This document shows positions 11,001 through 19,503 of a stretch of DNA of 61,452 nt, one piece after another. The notes under the pieces are model-generated. The model did not search any database. It was given only the letters and a program-made list of their open reading frames with translations, and was not told the origin of the DNA. Origin of the DNA: a phage; sequence record PQ826432.1, one strand, 5' to 3'. Every line of letters starts with the position of its first letter. The stretch's first letter is position 1. Position numbers and translations under genes: made by a program.

Positions 11001-11143
11001 GACAATGTTTTATAGCTGGAGGTAACACGTTGAGCAGACCGCTCCGCTGTGTCACCTGTACGCGCTAAGTTCCGCAACATAGAGTCCGCGGTACTAATCC
11101 CTCTCGCGTCAACTCTGATTACTAGCGAAGCGGTTTCGGCCAT
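8027..11143 (-). CDS. tail tape measure protein
   Basis: 1038 aa, Ala-rich alpha-helical, follows chaperone pair; GGAG SD before ATG. Confidence 0.85.
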   Translation of the reverse strand: MAETASLVIRVDARGISTADSMLRNLARTGDTAERSAQRVTSSYKTLSNTSNELATVTSRLDAAIVGMISVDTISRVISLSDSWTILTNKLELARTGNETVADAQQRVFDIAQRSRTSLEATATLYSRLQRAMKNTGMTGMELGRITETINKAMIVSGATSHEASAALIQFSQAMASGVLRGDEFRSVAEQAPRLTQIMSDSLGVTIGQLRELAYSGKLTADVVIKSLSGAADTIDKEFSRTMPTFNQQWTVATNNLTKFMGESQKTQGAVAALGQTFVALSENLGTVVTVGSALATVITARIITAMLAKTKASIAAAKASRMEAAQTAATTAVMQSSIGVTAQKAAADRAASLASLQVARGALAVAKGTAAEAGARLALINATRAHSAAIMADVQARQALNAALNATVPAASRAATAMSVLRGAMGLIGGPVGVAMLAAGAIYSYKASLEAGRAENNQFADSVDSVREKLMQMTEAQLAANAVKARAILPELEEQMKREQTALKSATETQKFYEAQLKRRAASGRDTASAEKNLQIATDNVKLAAERAEDAQRRYNNVLEMTSPAIEKIIPLARQLAADMKAVLSIKSGPLIDEKVLDRFKGQLGDVNREIDVNTVKGAGNARQAAILSGLYQTLGKDADTYGSLIRKVAMGQDVSSEATSESAKELVKYAQDLAQALGKNYDLEEAERNRTKATKDAIKADQQNAKVIDDLRNKLNEVTTGVKENAKAKAQAVALNKLNSSATAAEKEEVVRLAAAIYDAEEAQKKLDERKKNRKFAQGLLDEGMTDYEKIAYEQNTKIAELNAKQRADDLAYYQLYEDAKTQVLKKASMERENLDKVLMNRMISFSQESLGVILSGLEEGVSKQNFIYKAMFAAQKAMQIPSILSNTETAASAALAWGTQQGGATMGAAMAGIVKAMGYASAATVGGLAIAGMAHDGIDNVPREGTWLLDKGERVLNAPSNDKLNRFLDSQASQQGGVNMSGGVSIVQYITVQGNGDAALTQAMQQAARDGAEQGYNKVLTDFASRGTIRRTAMG

Positions 11144-11550
11144 TATCTTCTCCTTTTTCTTCTACCTTTATTTTGATTTTGCATTTGACTTTCCATGAGT
11201 TTAGCATTTTGTTCAGCTTCTGACACGCGCTTTTCAAGCCATAGCTGCCGCAGTATTTCGCATTCGTACGGTTGAAGATGTAAGCCCATTGTCACTTGAT
11301 AGCTGTGCAATTCTGTATAACTAAAATCCCCTCCAGTGTAAATATCATCAAATAAAGTAGATAGATATTCGAAGCAAAGCGGTATTTCCTTTTCCCGATA
11401 TTCTTTAAGCTTAGGTGGCGTCTTACCAGACTGTTCCTCAACCTTTTGCAGTTGCGATAATAAAGAAGATCCCCCGCCGGGGACTTTACTATTTAGTTCC
11501 CATTGGAGGATCTTCTTATCAATTAACTGTCTGCGCGCTTTTAGAAAAAA
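11143..11550 (-). CDS. tail assembly chaperone extension reached by -1 programmed frameshift (G-T type fusion)
   Basis: slippery T_TTT_TTC at 11544..11550 (minus strand) two codons before stop of 11541..11948; -1 frame open ~134 codons with no own start; stop overlaps tape measure ATG. Confidence 0.6.
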   Translation of the reverse strand, partial: FFLKARRQLIDKKILQWELNSKVPGGGSSLLSQLQKVEEQSGKTPPKLKEYREKEIPLCFEYLSTLFDDIYTGGDFSYTELHSYQVTMGLHLQPYECEILRQLWLEKRVSEAEQNAKLMESQMQNQNKGRRKRRR

Positions 11551-11948
11551 TTACTATCTTTAGCGGCAAACACGTTAAGGTCTTCTCGAACAGTTGGGTT
11601 CTCCGTTAAGAACTCAAACACGTTGTCAACGGTTGGAGGCTCATCAAAGGTCCAACCTGCTACAAGATTACACAGTGAACGGGTAAGGATGTCTTCCTTC
11701 ATAGCATCCGTTACTTCACCGTCTTTACCCTGCATAAGCGCCAACAGTTGACGTTGTGCTTTCAATTCTGCGTCACGATACTCTGTGCAGTAACGGCTAC
11801 GAATGTAGAGTTTTTCGCCAGTGTCGCCTACACCAGGAATAACCACATTCATAGGCTTAGTGTTTGCCGGATCATTTGCCCGGCTCACAGTTTTAAAATC
11901 ACGGAAGCTTTTAGCTACTGCAACTTTGGCTTTTTTGGTGTCGGTCAT
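11541..11948 (-). CDS. tail assembly chaperone (G-like)
   Basis: 135-aa ORF between major tail protein and tape measure; carries slippery site at 3' end. Confidence 0.6.
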   Translation of the reverse strand: MTDTKKAKVAVAKSFRDFKTVSRANDPANTKPMNVVIPGVGDTGEKLYIRSRYCTEYRDAELKAQRQLLALMQGKDGEVTDAMKEDILTRSLCNLVAGWTFDEPPTVDNVFEFLTENPTVREDLNVFAAKDSNFF

Positions 11949-11957
11949 TTCTTATCC

Positions 11958-12881
11958 TTATGCTCCCGCTAAAACGCGGGTAATTTTGATGGAACTTGCG
12001 GTTGTTGGGTCCAGCAATCCGCGGTAGCCCATATTAAGCATGATATCGCCTTCACCGTCAATAGGACGCGGAGCCTCTGTGAATTTCACGCGAGGGATTT
12101 CCACAGTGTATTTTTGTTGCGGATTGCTTGGGTCAATCAGATCAAACTTGATTGAAGTTTCCACTTCATCCAGATACTTCTTACGCAGTTTGTTATCCAG
12201 GAAGTAAACGTTAGCTGTACCAGTTACAGCACGGCGACCAGCAGACGGTTCAATGGAGAACTTCGAGCCAACAACGAAGCGCGGGGAGATATCGTTTTCA
12301 ACGGTAAGACCGATTTCCGTAATAACGCTAATCTCCTGACCGCCTTCCAGCAAGCGGCCGGAGAAACCATCCATCGGTGAAGAAGTTGTACGAGGTTTAA
12401 TGGAAGCACCAGCAGGAAGTGATTCAGCAATTTCCATGGAACGACCAACAATACCAAACTCTACTGTGGTCATGTTTTCAGCTGACAATGAGAAAGTCAT
12501 GCTGTTAACTTCACAACCGCGATAGATTGTGTATTTACCTGATGGCAGATCTGCGTTATAGTCTACAAAAGTAAATGACTGGCGAACAATACCACCTTTA
12601 AGGACGTTCTCCTGCCATTCACCGCGCAGCGCTGCCGCAATGAGGTCGTCAAACGTACCGAAGGACATTTCGCCCGTTACCGTACCTTCAACGCTTCGAG
12701 CGCCAAGACGAAAGTCTGCGGTTTCTGCGTCATCACGCAGTTCTTCAGACTCCAGCGTCGCAATGTTAATATCCAGACCGGAACTCGTTACACGAAACGG
12801 GGTAAACTTCGCGCTTGCTGGAGTTGTGTTGCTCACATCTTCTTTGACGTAATAACACGAATAACGTGAACCTGTAGCCAT
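11958..12881 (-). CDS. major tail (tube) protein
   Basis: 307 aa, position upstream of chaperone and tape measure. Confidence 0.7.
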   Translation of the reverse strand: MATGSRYSCYYVKEDVSNTTPASAKFTPFRVTSSGLDINIATLESEELRDDAETADFRLGARSVEGTVTGEMSFGTFDDLIAAALRGEWQENVLKGGIVRQSFTFVDYNADLPSGKYTIYRGCEVNSMTFSLSAENMTTVEFGIVGRSMEIAESLPAGASIKPRTTSSPMDGFSGRLLEGGQEISVITEIGLTVENDISPRFVVGSKFSIEPSAGRRAVTGTANVYFLDNKLRKKYLDEVETSIKFDLIDPSNPQQKYTVEIPRVKFTEAPRPIDGEGDIMLNMGYRGLLDPTTASSIKITRVLAGA

Positions 12882-12895
12882 ATTTAGATCCTCTC

Positions 12896-13345
12896 TTACC
12901 TCGGCTCACGAGCCGACCAATAGATTGTAATAAAGTTAACGTCCCAGTTGTCTTCAACCCCGCCTCTGGTAAAATCATTCAGCGAAGTTTGTCCACCCTG
13001 CGAAAAGTCTAAGCTGACAATTCGTATCGTGTGGTCATCCGGGCACGGGATACGCAAGCCCAGTTTAAACTTTTTCCGAATGGAATCCAAGATTTGATTC
13101 TGTTTAGACGTTCCAGTGTTTAACGGACTGTACACTGTAACTTGATAGAATCCTGGAATTTCATTCAGACCGTTGTCACCTAACGTTGCCGCGTATGTAG
13201 ATGCAGGTGCATTGATTGCCTTTAACCACATCTGATTCGCTTTAGGTGTAAACTTCTTGTTCTTCCACGCTATACCTATATCCGGTCCAACGGCTTCGCG
13301 TAGCATCTTATTAAATGCGTCATTGATAAAATCGTATCCCAGCAT
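12896..13345 (-). CDS. tail terminator / tail completion protein (by position)
   Basis: ORF track; gene order. Confidence 0.35.
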   Translation of the reverse strand: MLGYDFINDAFNKMLREAVGPDIGIAWKNKKFTPKANQMWLKAINAPASTYAATLGDNGLNEIPGFYQVTVYSPLNTGTSKQNQILDSIRKKFKLGLRIPCPDDHTIRIVSLDFSQGGQTSLNDFTRGGVEDNWDVNFITIYWSAREPR

Positions 13346-13752
13346 TATAGTTTTCCTTCTACAATAGCTTGGCGTATCAACATTGGTAGCTTCGCTACGT
13401 TAATACGCACCATGCCATTTGGCGCTTGCTGCGACCAACCAAGATATTCAAGTTTCGGAGCATACGGGGTTAAGTTGCTAAAGTAGAAAGTCCAGTCTTT
13501 ATCATCTGGCAACTGTCTTACGATAACCCTAGCTTCCGCTTTAGCTAATTCCCCAGTAGGATCGAGGCGGATAGTTTCCGTCGCATATGGTGCACCAATG
13601 GATGAACGCCAACCGCCTTTTGTACGTCCGGTCTTAACAGGAGTATCCTGAATTACATTCTCCGTGAACTTGACAACAACCTTTTTGGCTTGCTCCCCAG
13701 TCTGGACAAGCACCTTTTGACTTGCACGCCGTATATCCGCCCCGAATCCCAT
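13345..13752 (-). CDS. head-tail joining protein (HK97 gp10-like by position)
   Basis: ORF track; gene order. Confidence 0.35.
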   Translation of the reverse strand: MGFGADIRRASQKVLVQTGEQAKKVVVKFTENVIQDTPVKTGRTKGGWRSSIGAPYATETIRLDPTGELAKAEARVIVRQLPDDKDWTFYFSNLTPYAPKLEYLGWSQQAPNGMVRINVAKLPMLIRQAIVEGKL

Positions 13753-14132
13753 TATCGCGTCACCTTGAAAGTATAAAGAACAGAAACATTAGCAGGTCTT
13801 GTATCAACGAACTCGTTAATTGTCCATACTTCCAACTCACCATCAGGAGACATACGCTCAATGCGTGCAGTCATTGCTTTATCCCGTGTCAATGGTGGAG
13901 TCATTGGATAGGTTAAGACTTTCAATTCGCCAGTAGCAACAAGGCTCCCACCGATCATTTTTTCCTTCGGAGAAAGAAAAGCTCCGATAAATGGGTAGCG
14001 TTTTTCAACACTAGGATCGTCCCACTCATCTTGGCCTTCACCTTTTTCCATGACCACAAGGGTACAGTTCACGCCAGCGTCGTTGATCATTTGCTTTGCA
14101 GCTTCAACTAACTGCTCATAAGGAAAGCTCAT
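13752..14132 (-). CDS. head closure / head-tail joining protein
   Basis: ORF track; gene order. Confidence 0.35.
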   Translation of the reverse strand: MSFPYEQLVEAAKQMINDAGVNCTLVVMEKGEGQDEWDDPSVEKRYPFIGAFLSPKEKMIGGSLVATGELKVLTYPMTPPLTRDKAMTARIERMSPDGELEVWTINEFVDTRPANVSVLYTFKVTR

Positions 14133-14135
14133 AAA

Positions 14136-14642
14136 TCACCGTATTAATCTGTTACCCATTTGATAACCCAGCAAAGGTGATAAAAACGTCATAGCTTTAT
14201 CATATGTTTTTGCTGGACCTGACTGTGCTGTGCTACCAGTTGCATATTCAATCTCAAGACCTTCTACTTTAGTTCTTTTGACTGCATATGCAGTAGTTTT
14301 CCCATTAAGAGGACCGCCAGTAGCTGAGTCCGCTGTAAGCTGGCAAACAGCGTTTATAAGTGCCTTTGGTAAGGGGCTTTGGGGTAGCTCGAACCCATCC
14401 ACAAACACCCCGTAGCGTGGCCAATTTAGCGGTTGCTGTGGGTCCATTTTATAACCCTTAAACCGTTGACCGTACCCTTCCACAAAATCCATAGCGTCGA
14501 AGATCTTTGTCTTTAGATCTTCATCATCACTTGGAAGAACAATACCTCGCATTGCGGCATACATGCGGACTTGTTCAATGGTCACATAACTGTTGGCGTC
14601 CGATACACCAGTACCATCTTCAACTATCAGTGGAATCTCCAT
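14136..14642 (-). CDS. head-tail connector / adaptor protein
   Basis: ORF track; gene order. Confidence 0.4.
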   Translation of the reverse strand: MEIPLIVEDGTGVSDANSYVTIEQVRMYAAMRGIVLPSDDEDLKTKIFDAMDFVEGYGQRFKGYKMDPQQPLNWPRYGVFVDGFELPQSPLPKALINAVCQLTADSATGGPLNGKTTAYAVKRTKVEGLEIEYATGSTAQSGPAKTYDKAMTFLSPLLGYQMGNRLIR

Positions 14643-14780
14643 CTTTCTTCCTCATTGCGATGGTTGTAGGGATAAGTGGCGGGAGCTCTTCTTCAGGAAC
14701 AGAAACGGCGTCTTCTTGACGCCGTTTTCTATTACGTCGGAGGAGCCACAACACATATTGTCTATGGCTCATTTCCATGG

Positions 14781-15434
14781 TTAACCTCGACGCATCATAT
14801 TACGTGCAACCATACGGGCGACCGGATCGTCAATAGGGTTCTGGAAGCGATGGTCAGAAAGCATGTCTTCAGGTTTACGTTTTTTCTGCGCTTCAAGATA
14901 CATCTGAGTTGCAGTAAGACCGGACTTAGGACGACGACTTTCCTGCTCAACGATAATCTTATCCAGATCCGCTTGAACGTCGGAAATAGCAAGCTCCAGC
15001 GCGTGCTTAGTGTGGGCAATTTCTTTAACCACATTGCTAAGCTTTTCACGCTTCGCTTTCAGCTCTTCATCGCTTAGGCTGGAAGTGTCACCGATTTTTT
15101 CCGGCTCCAGAAGAGCACGCAGTGCTTCGCTAATCTTAACTTCGATTTGCATCGTTGCAACCGCGACTTTCTTTTGTTCTTCATGAGCTTTCTCCTGTTT
15201 GACAGCTTCATGTAAAACTGGATCAGCAGATTTAACAGGTTCCACTGGCTCGGGCTCTTCCAGCACGCGGTTATCGCGGGTAAACAGCGGAGCAGCAGTT
15301 GTAATATCGTCGCGGGTTAAAGACGGGTTAGCGGTAGCGAAACGCAGAGCATCAACTTTAGGTAAGCCATCGCTGGTCCAATGATTCGGGTTCTCCGGAT
15401 CAAGTTCTAACAATGCTTCAATTAATGTCTTCAT
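14781..15434 (-). CDS. hypothetical structural protein
   Basis: ORF track; between capsid and connector genes. Confidence 0.4.
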   Translation of the reverse strand: MKTLIEALLELDPENPNHWTSDGLPKVDALRFATANPSLTRDDITTAAPLFTRDNRVLEEPEPVEPVKSADPVLHEAVKQEKAHEEQKKVAVATMQIEVKISEALRALLEPEKIGDTSSLSDEELKAKREKLSNVVKEIAHTKHALELAISDVQADLDKIIVEQESRRPKSGLTATQMYLEAQKKRKPEDMLSDHRFQNPIDDPVARMVARNMMRRG

Positions 15435-15451
15435 TGTTTAATCCTTATTTT

Positions 15452-15775
15452 TTAGGTCACATTAATAACACATGTACCAGTAACACTATCCTTTGCCTTG
15501 GACGTTACTGTCAAGTTTGAAGTACCACTGCTTTCGGTTGTGGTCACAGTAATTGTACCGTCCCCGTTGTCTTTAATTGTAGCAGAGGAACCGTCAACTG
15601 ACGCGCTATACGCTTTGTTTGTAGTTCCGCCTGGGACAAAGTTTATTTTAACAGTAACCGTTTTTACTTCTGAAGTTGTGGTGTCAATCTTAGCAGGATC
15701 AAGAGTAATCGAAATTGGCTCCACCTGCAACGATTTTTCCATCAAGTCATGTCGTTCATAACGTTGATAACGCAT
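15452..15775 (-). CDS. Ig-like domain protein, possible capsid decoration
   Basis: 107 aa, Thr/Ser-rich beta pattern; directly downstream of major capsid gene. Confidence 0.45.
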   Translation of the reverse strand: MRYQRYERHDLMEKSLQVEPISITLDPAKIDTTTSEVKTVTVKINFVPGGTTNKAYSASVDGSSATIKDNGDGTITVTTTESSGTSNLTVTSKAKDSVTGTCVINVT

Positions 15776-15844
15776 GGTTGTTCTCCTAAAAAAGAGGGGA
15801 CATAAATGTCCCCAAAATACTACAGCGCGGCGTTGAGTGAAGCC

Positions 15845-16906
15845 TTAGGAACCCTGATACTCACGAGTGATCAGGCGTGCGACTTTAAGCTGCTTGCGCT
15901 CAGGGAACGCACGACGCCAGGAATCTTCATGGGCCAGGTTGTTAGTGGTTGCAGCGTTAGACGGACCACCTTTAGCAGTTTGAGCAGCAGCCCAAGCATG
16001 ACCGACCGGATGCAGAATCCATTCAACACGGTTGTGAAGAACTTCTTCACCAGCGCCATTGTTAGCAGCTTCATCACGAACCACAGCAGTCGGAACTTTT
16101 GGTGAACCAGCACCCATTGCGGTAGCGCCCGGGCCGAACAGCCAGCTTTCAAAGATACCAGTAGACGGATCGTGCGGCATGGAGTCGTCTTCGATAATAC
16201 GCAGACCCTGATAATACTCAAACTGAGTTTCACCGCGAGCATCCGGAATGAAGTCGATCAGGTTCAACTGACGCATACGGTTACGAACGGTAGAGTGTAC
16301 CATAATCATGGTCAGACCGCGAGCAGCATCACCCATCGTTGCAGTTGCGTTGATGAAGTTAGACGCGGTAAAGTTGGTCTGGTTGTTTACAAATGAAGAA
16401 CCGGAAATATCGAACGTCAGATCGTCCGAATGGGATTTCTTGGCATTAGCAAACACACCTTTCCATGTTGCAATATAAGCAGCCTGAAGACGGCGAACCC
16501 ACCATGCAGAAACGCGGTTGCCAATAGCGGTCATTGGGTCGTTACCGATCAAAGCTGATACCAGATCCGCAGAACCCCAGGATTTCGAACGACTCATACG
16601 AACCTGAACTTCAGATCCGGTAGTGATGTTTGACGGTTTGGACGGAGCACCTTTATCGATCGCAATATCTTCGTCTTCGTCTTTCAGGTCATTATAGAAC
16701 GGCTCGTTAAAAGTCAAACCTGCACCAGCAAGGTTAGCAGATAAACGCTCGTCCATTACAACCGCACCGGATTGGATCAGGGCAGAAAGTTCAGCGGTCT
16801 GCGTCTGCACATAACCAGTGAAGATCTCAGGGACAATGACATCCTTCAAACGAGTCAGGTCAGTTTCACCACGACCAAATGGTAGAATAATTTTAGATTT
16901 AGACAT
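15845..16906 (-). CDS. major capsid protein
   Basis: 353 aa after scaffold gene; GGAG SD. Confidence 0.75.
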   Translation of the reverse strand: MSKSKIILPFGRGETDLTRLKDVIVPEIFTGYVQTQTAELSALIQSGAVVMDERLSANLAGAGLTFNEPFYNDLKDEDEDIAIDKGAPSKPSNITTGSEVQVRMSRSKSWGSADLVSALIGNDPMTAIGNRVSAWWVRRLQAAYIATWKGVFANAKKSHSDDLTFDISGSSFVNNQTNFTASNFINATATMGDAARGLTMIMVHSTVRNRMRQLNLIDFIPDARGETQFEYYQGLRIIEDDSMPHDPSTGIFESWLFGPGATAMGAGSPKVPTAVVRDEAANNGAGEEVLHNRVEWILHPVGHAWAAAQTAKGGPSNAATTNNLAHEDSWRRAFPERKQLKVARLITREYQGS

Positions 16907-16946
16907 ACTTGTCTCCAGGAAAAGGATTGATTTGTTTACTGTTGGT

Positions 16947-17014
16947 AGCCTTTCCCCGTGGAAGGCTGTTTAGGAACCCGTGTCCCTGATGTGTTGAAAC
17001 TTAACATCAGGGAC
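16947..17014 (-). promoter_or_regulatory. two stem-loops in the scaffold-capsid intergenic region of the late transcript
   Basis: AGCCTT/AAGGCT stem near 16947..16967 and 11-bp stem GTCCCTGATGT/ACATCAGGGAC near 16982..17014; no U-run. Confidence 0.4.
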
Positions 17015-17028
17015 GTCGGGATGTCAAC

Positions 17029-17901
17029 TTATTTCTTAGCAGGACGTACAGGCTTCAACGGATCTACGCCATTCTTTTCAGCTAAGCGTTTAGCTAAAGA
17101 TTGATTAGTTTTCCAGAGATTCATCTGCTTAGAAATGTTCCAGCCGTCGTGACTGTATGGGTCTTCACCGTGATGGCCGCCAGCGCCAGGACCAGATGCA
17201 CCGCCACCAGCAGATCCTTCGACCCAGTGCGGACGTTTCGGAAGGATTTCGTTCAGCCAGTCAGCCGGAGTTAGATACGGGGTAACACCAGCACCATCTT
17301 TCGTAACCACGTTGCCGTTCTCGTCGACGGTCATCTGCAACTGTGCATAAGTTACAGCGTCTTCGATAGCAGATGGACGCAATTTAGCACCAGAAGCAGC
17401 GGCAATAACTGCATCTTTAATCTTCGCTTTAGTTTCGCGAGCGCGGTAGCCTTCAATTTCCTGCTTAACCGTGTCACGCTCGGTGATAACAGTTTGCAAT
17501 TGGCGCTCAAGCGGAGCAAGACGGGCTTTGACCATCTTCTCAATGTCTTCCGGATTACCTTTACCGCTAGCAGCAGCTTCCAGCTCAGGAATACGATCCA
17601 AATCCGCCAGGACTTCTTCAACCGGACGCCCCAGTGCGCTAATTTGTTGTTTCACCTGACGATGATCGTTACGCTCTTTTGCTAACGCACTTTCCAGACG
17701 ACGAACGCTATCAGCAGGTGCTACACCTTTGACTTTTGCAAGAACGTATTTACCACCCTGCTCTGCGTAAAGAGTTGCAAATTCCGCTGGGATTTCTTCC
17801 GCAGATGCATACTCGTATTGCAATTCCACATCACCTTCACCGCGAGCGCGTGGATTAATTAGAGCAAAACCAACACTAATAGCTACAGAACTCTTTTTCA
17901 T
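17029..17901 (-). CDS. scaffolding protein
   Basis: 290 aa helical, charged; between portal and capsid. Confidence 0.55.
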   Translation of the reverse strand: MKKSSVAISVGFALINPRARGEGDVELQYEYASAEEIPAEFATLYAEQGGKYVLAKVKGVAPADSVRRLESALAKERNDHRQVKQQISALGRPVEEVLADLDRIPELEAAASGKGNPEDIEKMVKARLAPLERQLQTVITERDTVKQEIEGYRARETKAKIKDAVIAAASGAKLRPSAIEDAVTYAQLQMTVDENGNVVTKDGAGVTPYLTPADWLNEILPKRPHWVEGSAGGGASGPGAGGHHGEDPYSHDGWNISKQMNLWKTNQSLAKRLAEKNGVDPLKPVRPAKK

Positions 17902-17936
17902 TTCTTATCTCCGTTGTCACCCGTGTGACGTTTTTG

Positions 17937-17956
17937 GGGCTGAGCCGTCCCAGCCC
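17937..17956 (-). promoter_or_regulatory. stem-loop in portal-scaffold intergenic region
   Basis: GGGCTG/CAGCCC stem with 8-nt loop. Confidence 0.3.
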
Positions 17957-17995
17957 GTGTTTGTTAATATAAACCAATCAATTTGGAAGTTGCAA

Positions 17996-19492
17996 CTATT
18001 CTTTATCGGAAGCGTCGTCTTCCTTAGGATCTTTGTTTACTTGCTGCTCTGCGTTTAAATCAGCTTTAGCATCATCGGGCAGAGGCCACTTCTTAAGCTC
18101 TTCTTCAAGAATTGCCATTTCTTCTTCAAAGCTTAGTGTGGTTAAGCCCTGATCAACAAGCCAGCCATGAATAGACTGCAAGCTGATCGGAGCCTTAAGG
18201 TTGCGTGCAGTAATAATTTGAACAAAGTCCTGACCGTTAAACATGCTCTTGGTAAATTCAAGATTAGGCTTAACCACAACTTTCTCTGGATCAGCACCCA
18301 TCCATTTAGCGCAGACCTTCAGCAAGTTTTCCAAACCTGCCGCACCAGTATACGCGATTCGAATCAGGCTAGCGGTACGCGCAGCGATACGCGTTTTCAT
18401 AGCTTCGCCTGATTCCTGCGTGCTCTTGGTGTTGTTTACCATCTGCCCAGCTTTAATCTGAGCTTCCTGCTTATCCGCTGCTAGGGCAAGGCGTTGCTCG
18501 GACAAACCGTCACCGCTAACGCCTACATATTTAGCGTCACCCCCAATAGCAACGTTAATGACCGCTCCAGGACCGATACGCTGAGGGGCTTTATCTCCAT
18601 TCTCCCCAGTACCACCAACGACAACTAATGTGTCCTGTCCCTGCATATGCAGACTCTGACGGTAATCCGCATCACTTCGGTACATGCTTAGGCAGATGTT
18701 AGCTAACCCCAGCAATGGAGGCGCTTCCGGTGCTGGAGTAATATCCGTTGTATTAACAAACTGGAAAGGTATTTCGTCCAGCGTATTACCTTTATAATAA
18801 GGAGCAATCATTTGCCCTTCATCATAATTGGTATTGTTGATAAATAGATGCTGGGAGTAAACCGCACCACCTGCAACTTCATCTGTGTCCATTGGACCTA
18901 ATTGCAGAACGCGATAACGCTTCTCTTCTTTCCAGTCAAACTGATTGACACGTACAGGACCGCTTTCATCCAGAACAACCATGTTCAAGTTGATATTGCC
19001 TAATTCATCTTTACCATCATCCCAGTTGATAATGGATAAAGCATCATAAACGCTAATATAAGGTCTGTTATTTACATCCTCACCTTTCGGCAAGTCCAGA
19101 AGCAGGCCCAAACGTCCATTTTTTAACTGCATTTCGTTGATGCGACGTAGCAGAGCAACAATGTCTTCACCATCCGCAGTGCACAGCTCCCGCATGTATT
19201 CCATTTCAGGAGGAAGCTGGATTGTAGGTGGCTTCTGGTGCAACAGACCTAAATTGTTTGTGACAGCACTTGAATAATCGTCAGGGAAGTTAGCACGCAG
19301 ACGATAAGCGAGCCAACGTTGAAAGCCCAAATCATTAGGGTTATTCATCCCATCGATAATCATGGAAGCTAAAGGTGGTAGATATTTAACACCTTCTTCC
19401 TTAATTTTATCTTCACCCTCATAGCAGTCGTTGCACTTAACCCATGCATTCTTCCACTTGTCATATAGCGGGTGAGTTGCATCAATACCCAT
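17996..19492 (-). CDS. portal protein
   Basis: 498 aa directly downstream of large terminase. Confidence 0.7.
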   Translation of the reverse strand: MGIDATHPLYDKWKNAWVKCNDCYEGEDKIKEEGVKYLPPLASMIIDGMNNPNDLGFQRWLAYRLRANFPDDYSSAVTNNLGLLHQKPPTIQLPPEMEYMRELCTADGEDIVALLRRINEMQLKNGRLGLLLDLPKGEDVNNRPYISVYDALSIINWDDGKDELGNINLNMVVLDESGPVRVNQFDWKEEKRYRVLQLGPMDTDEVAGGAVYSQHLFINNTNYDEGQMIAPYYKGNTLDEIPFQFVNTTDITPAPEAPPLLGLANICLSMYRSDADYRQSLHMQGQDTLVVVGGTGENGDKAPQRIGPGAVINVAIGGDAKYVGVSGDGLSEQRLALAADKQEAQIKAGQMVNNTKSTQESGEAMKTRIAARTASLIRIAYTGAAGLENLLKVCAKWMGADPEKVVVKPNLEFTKSMFNGQDFVQIITARNLKAPISLQSIHGWLVDQGLTTLSFEEEMAILEEELKKWPLPDDAKADLNAEQQVNKDPKEDDASDKE

Positions 19493-19503
19493 ATACCCTC
19501 CAG

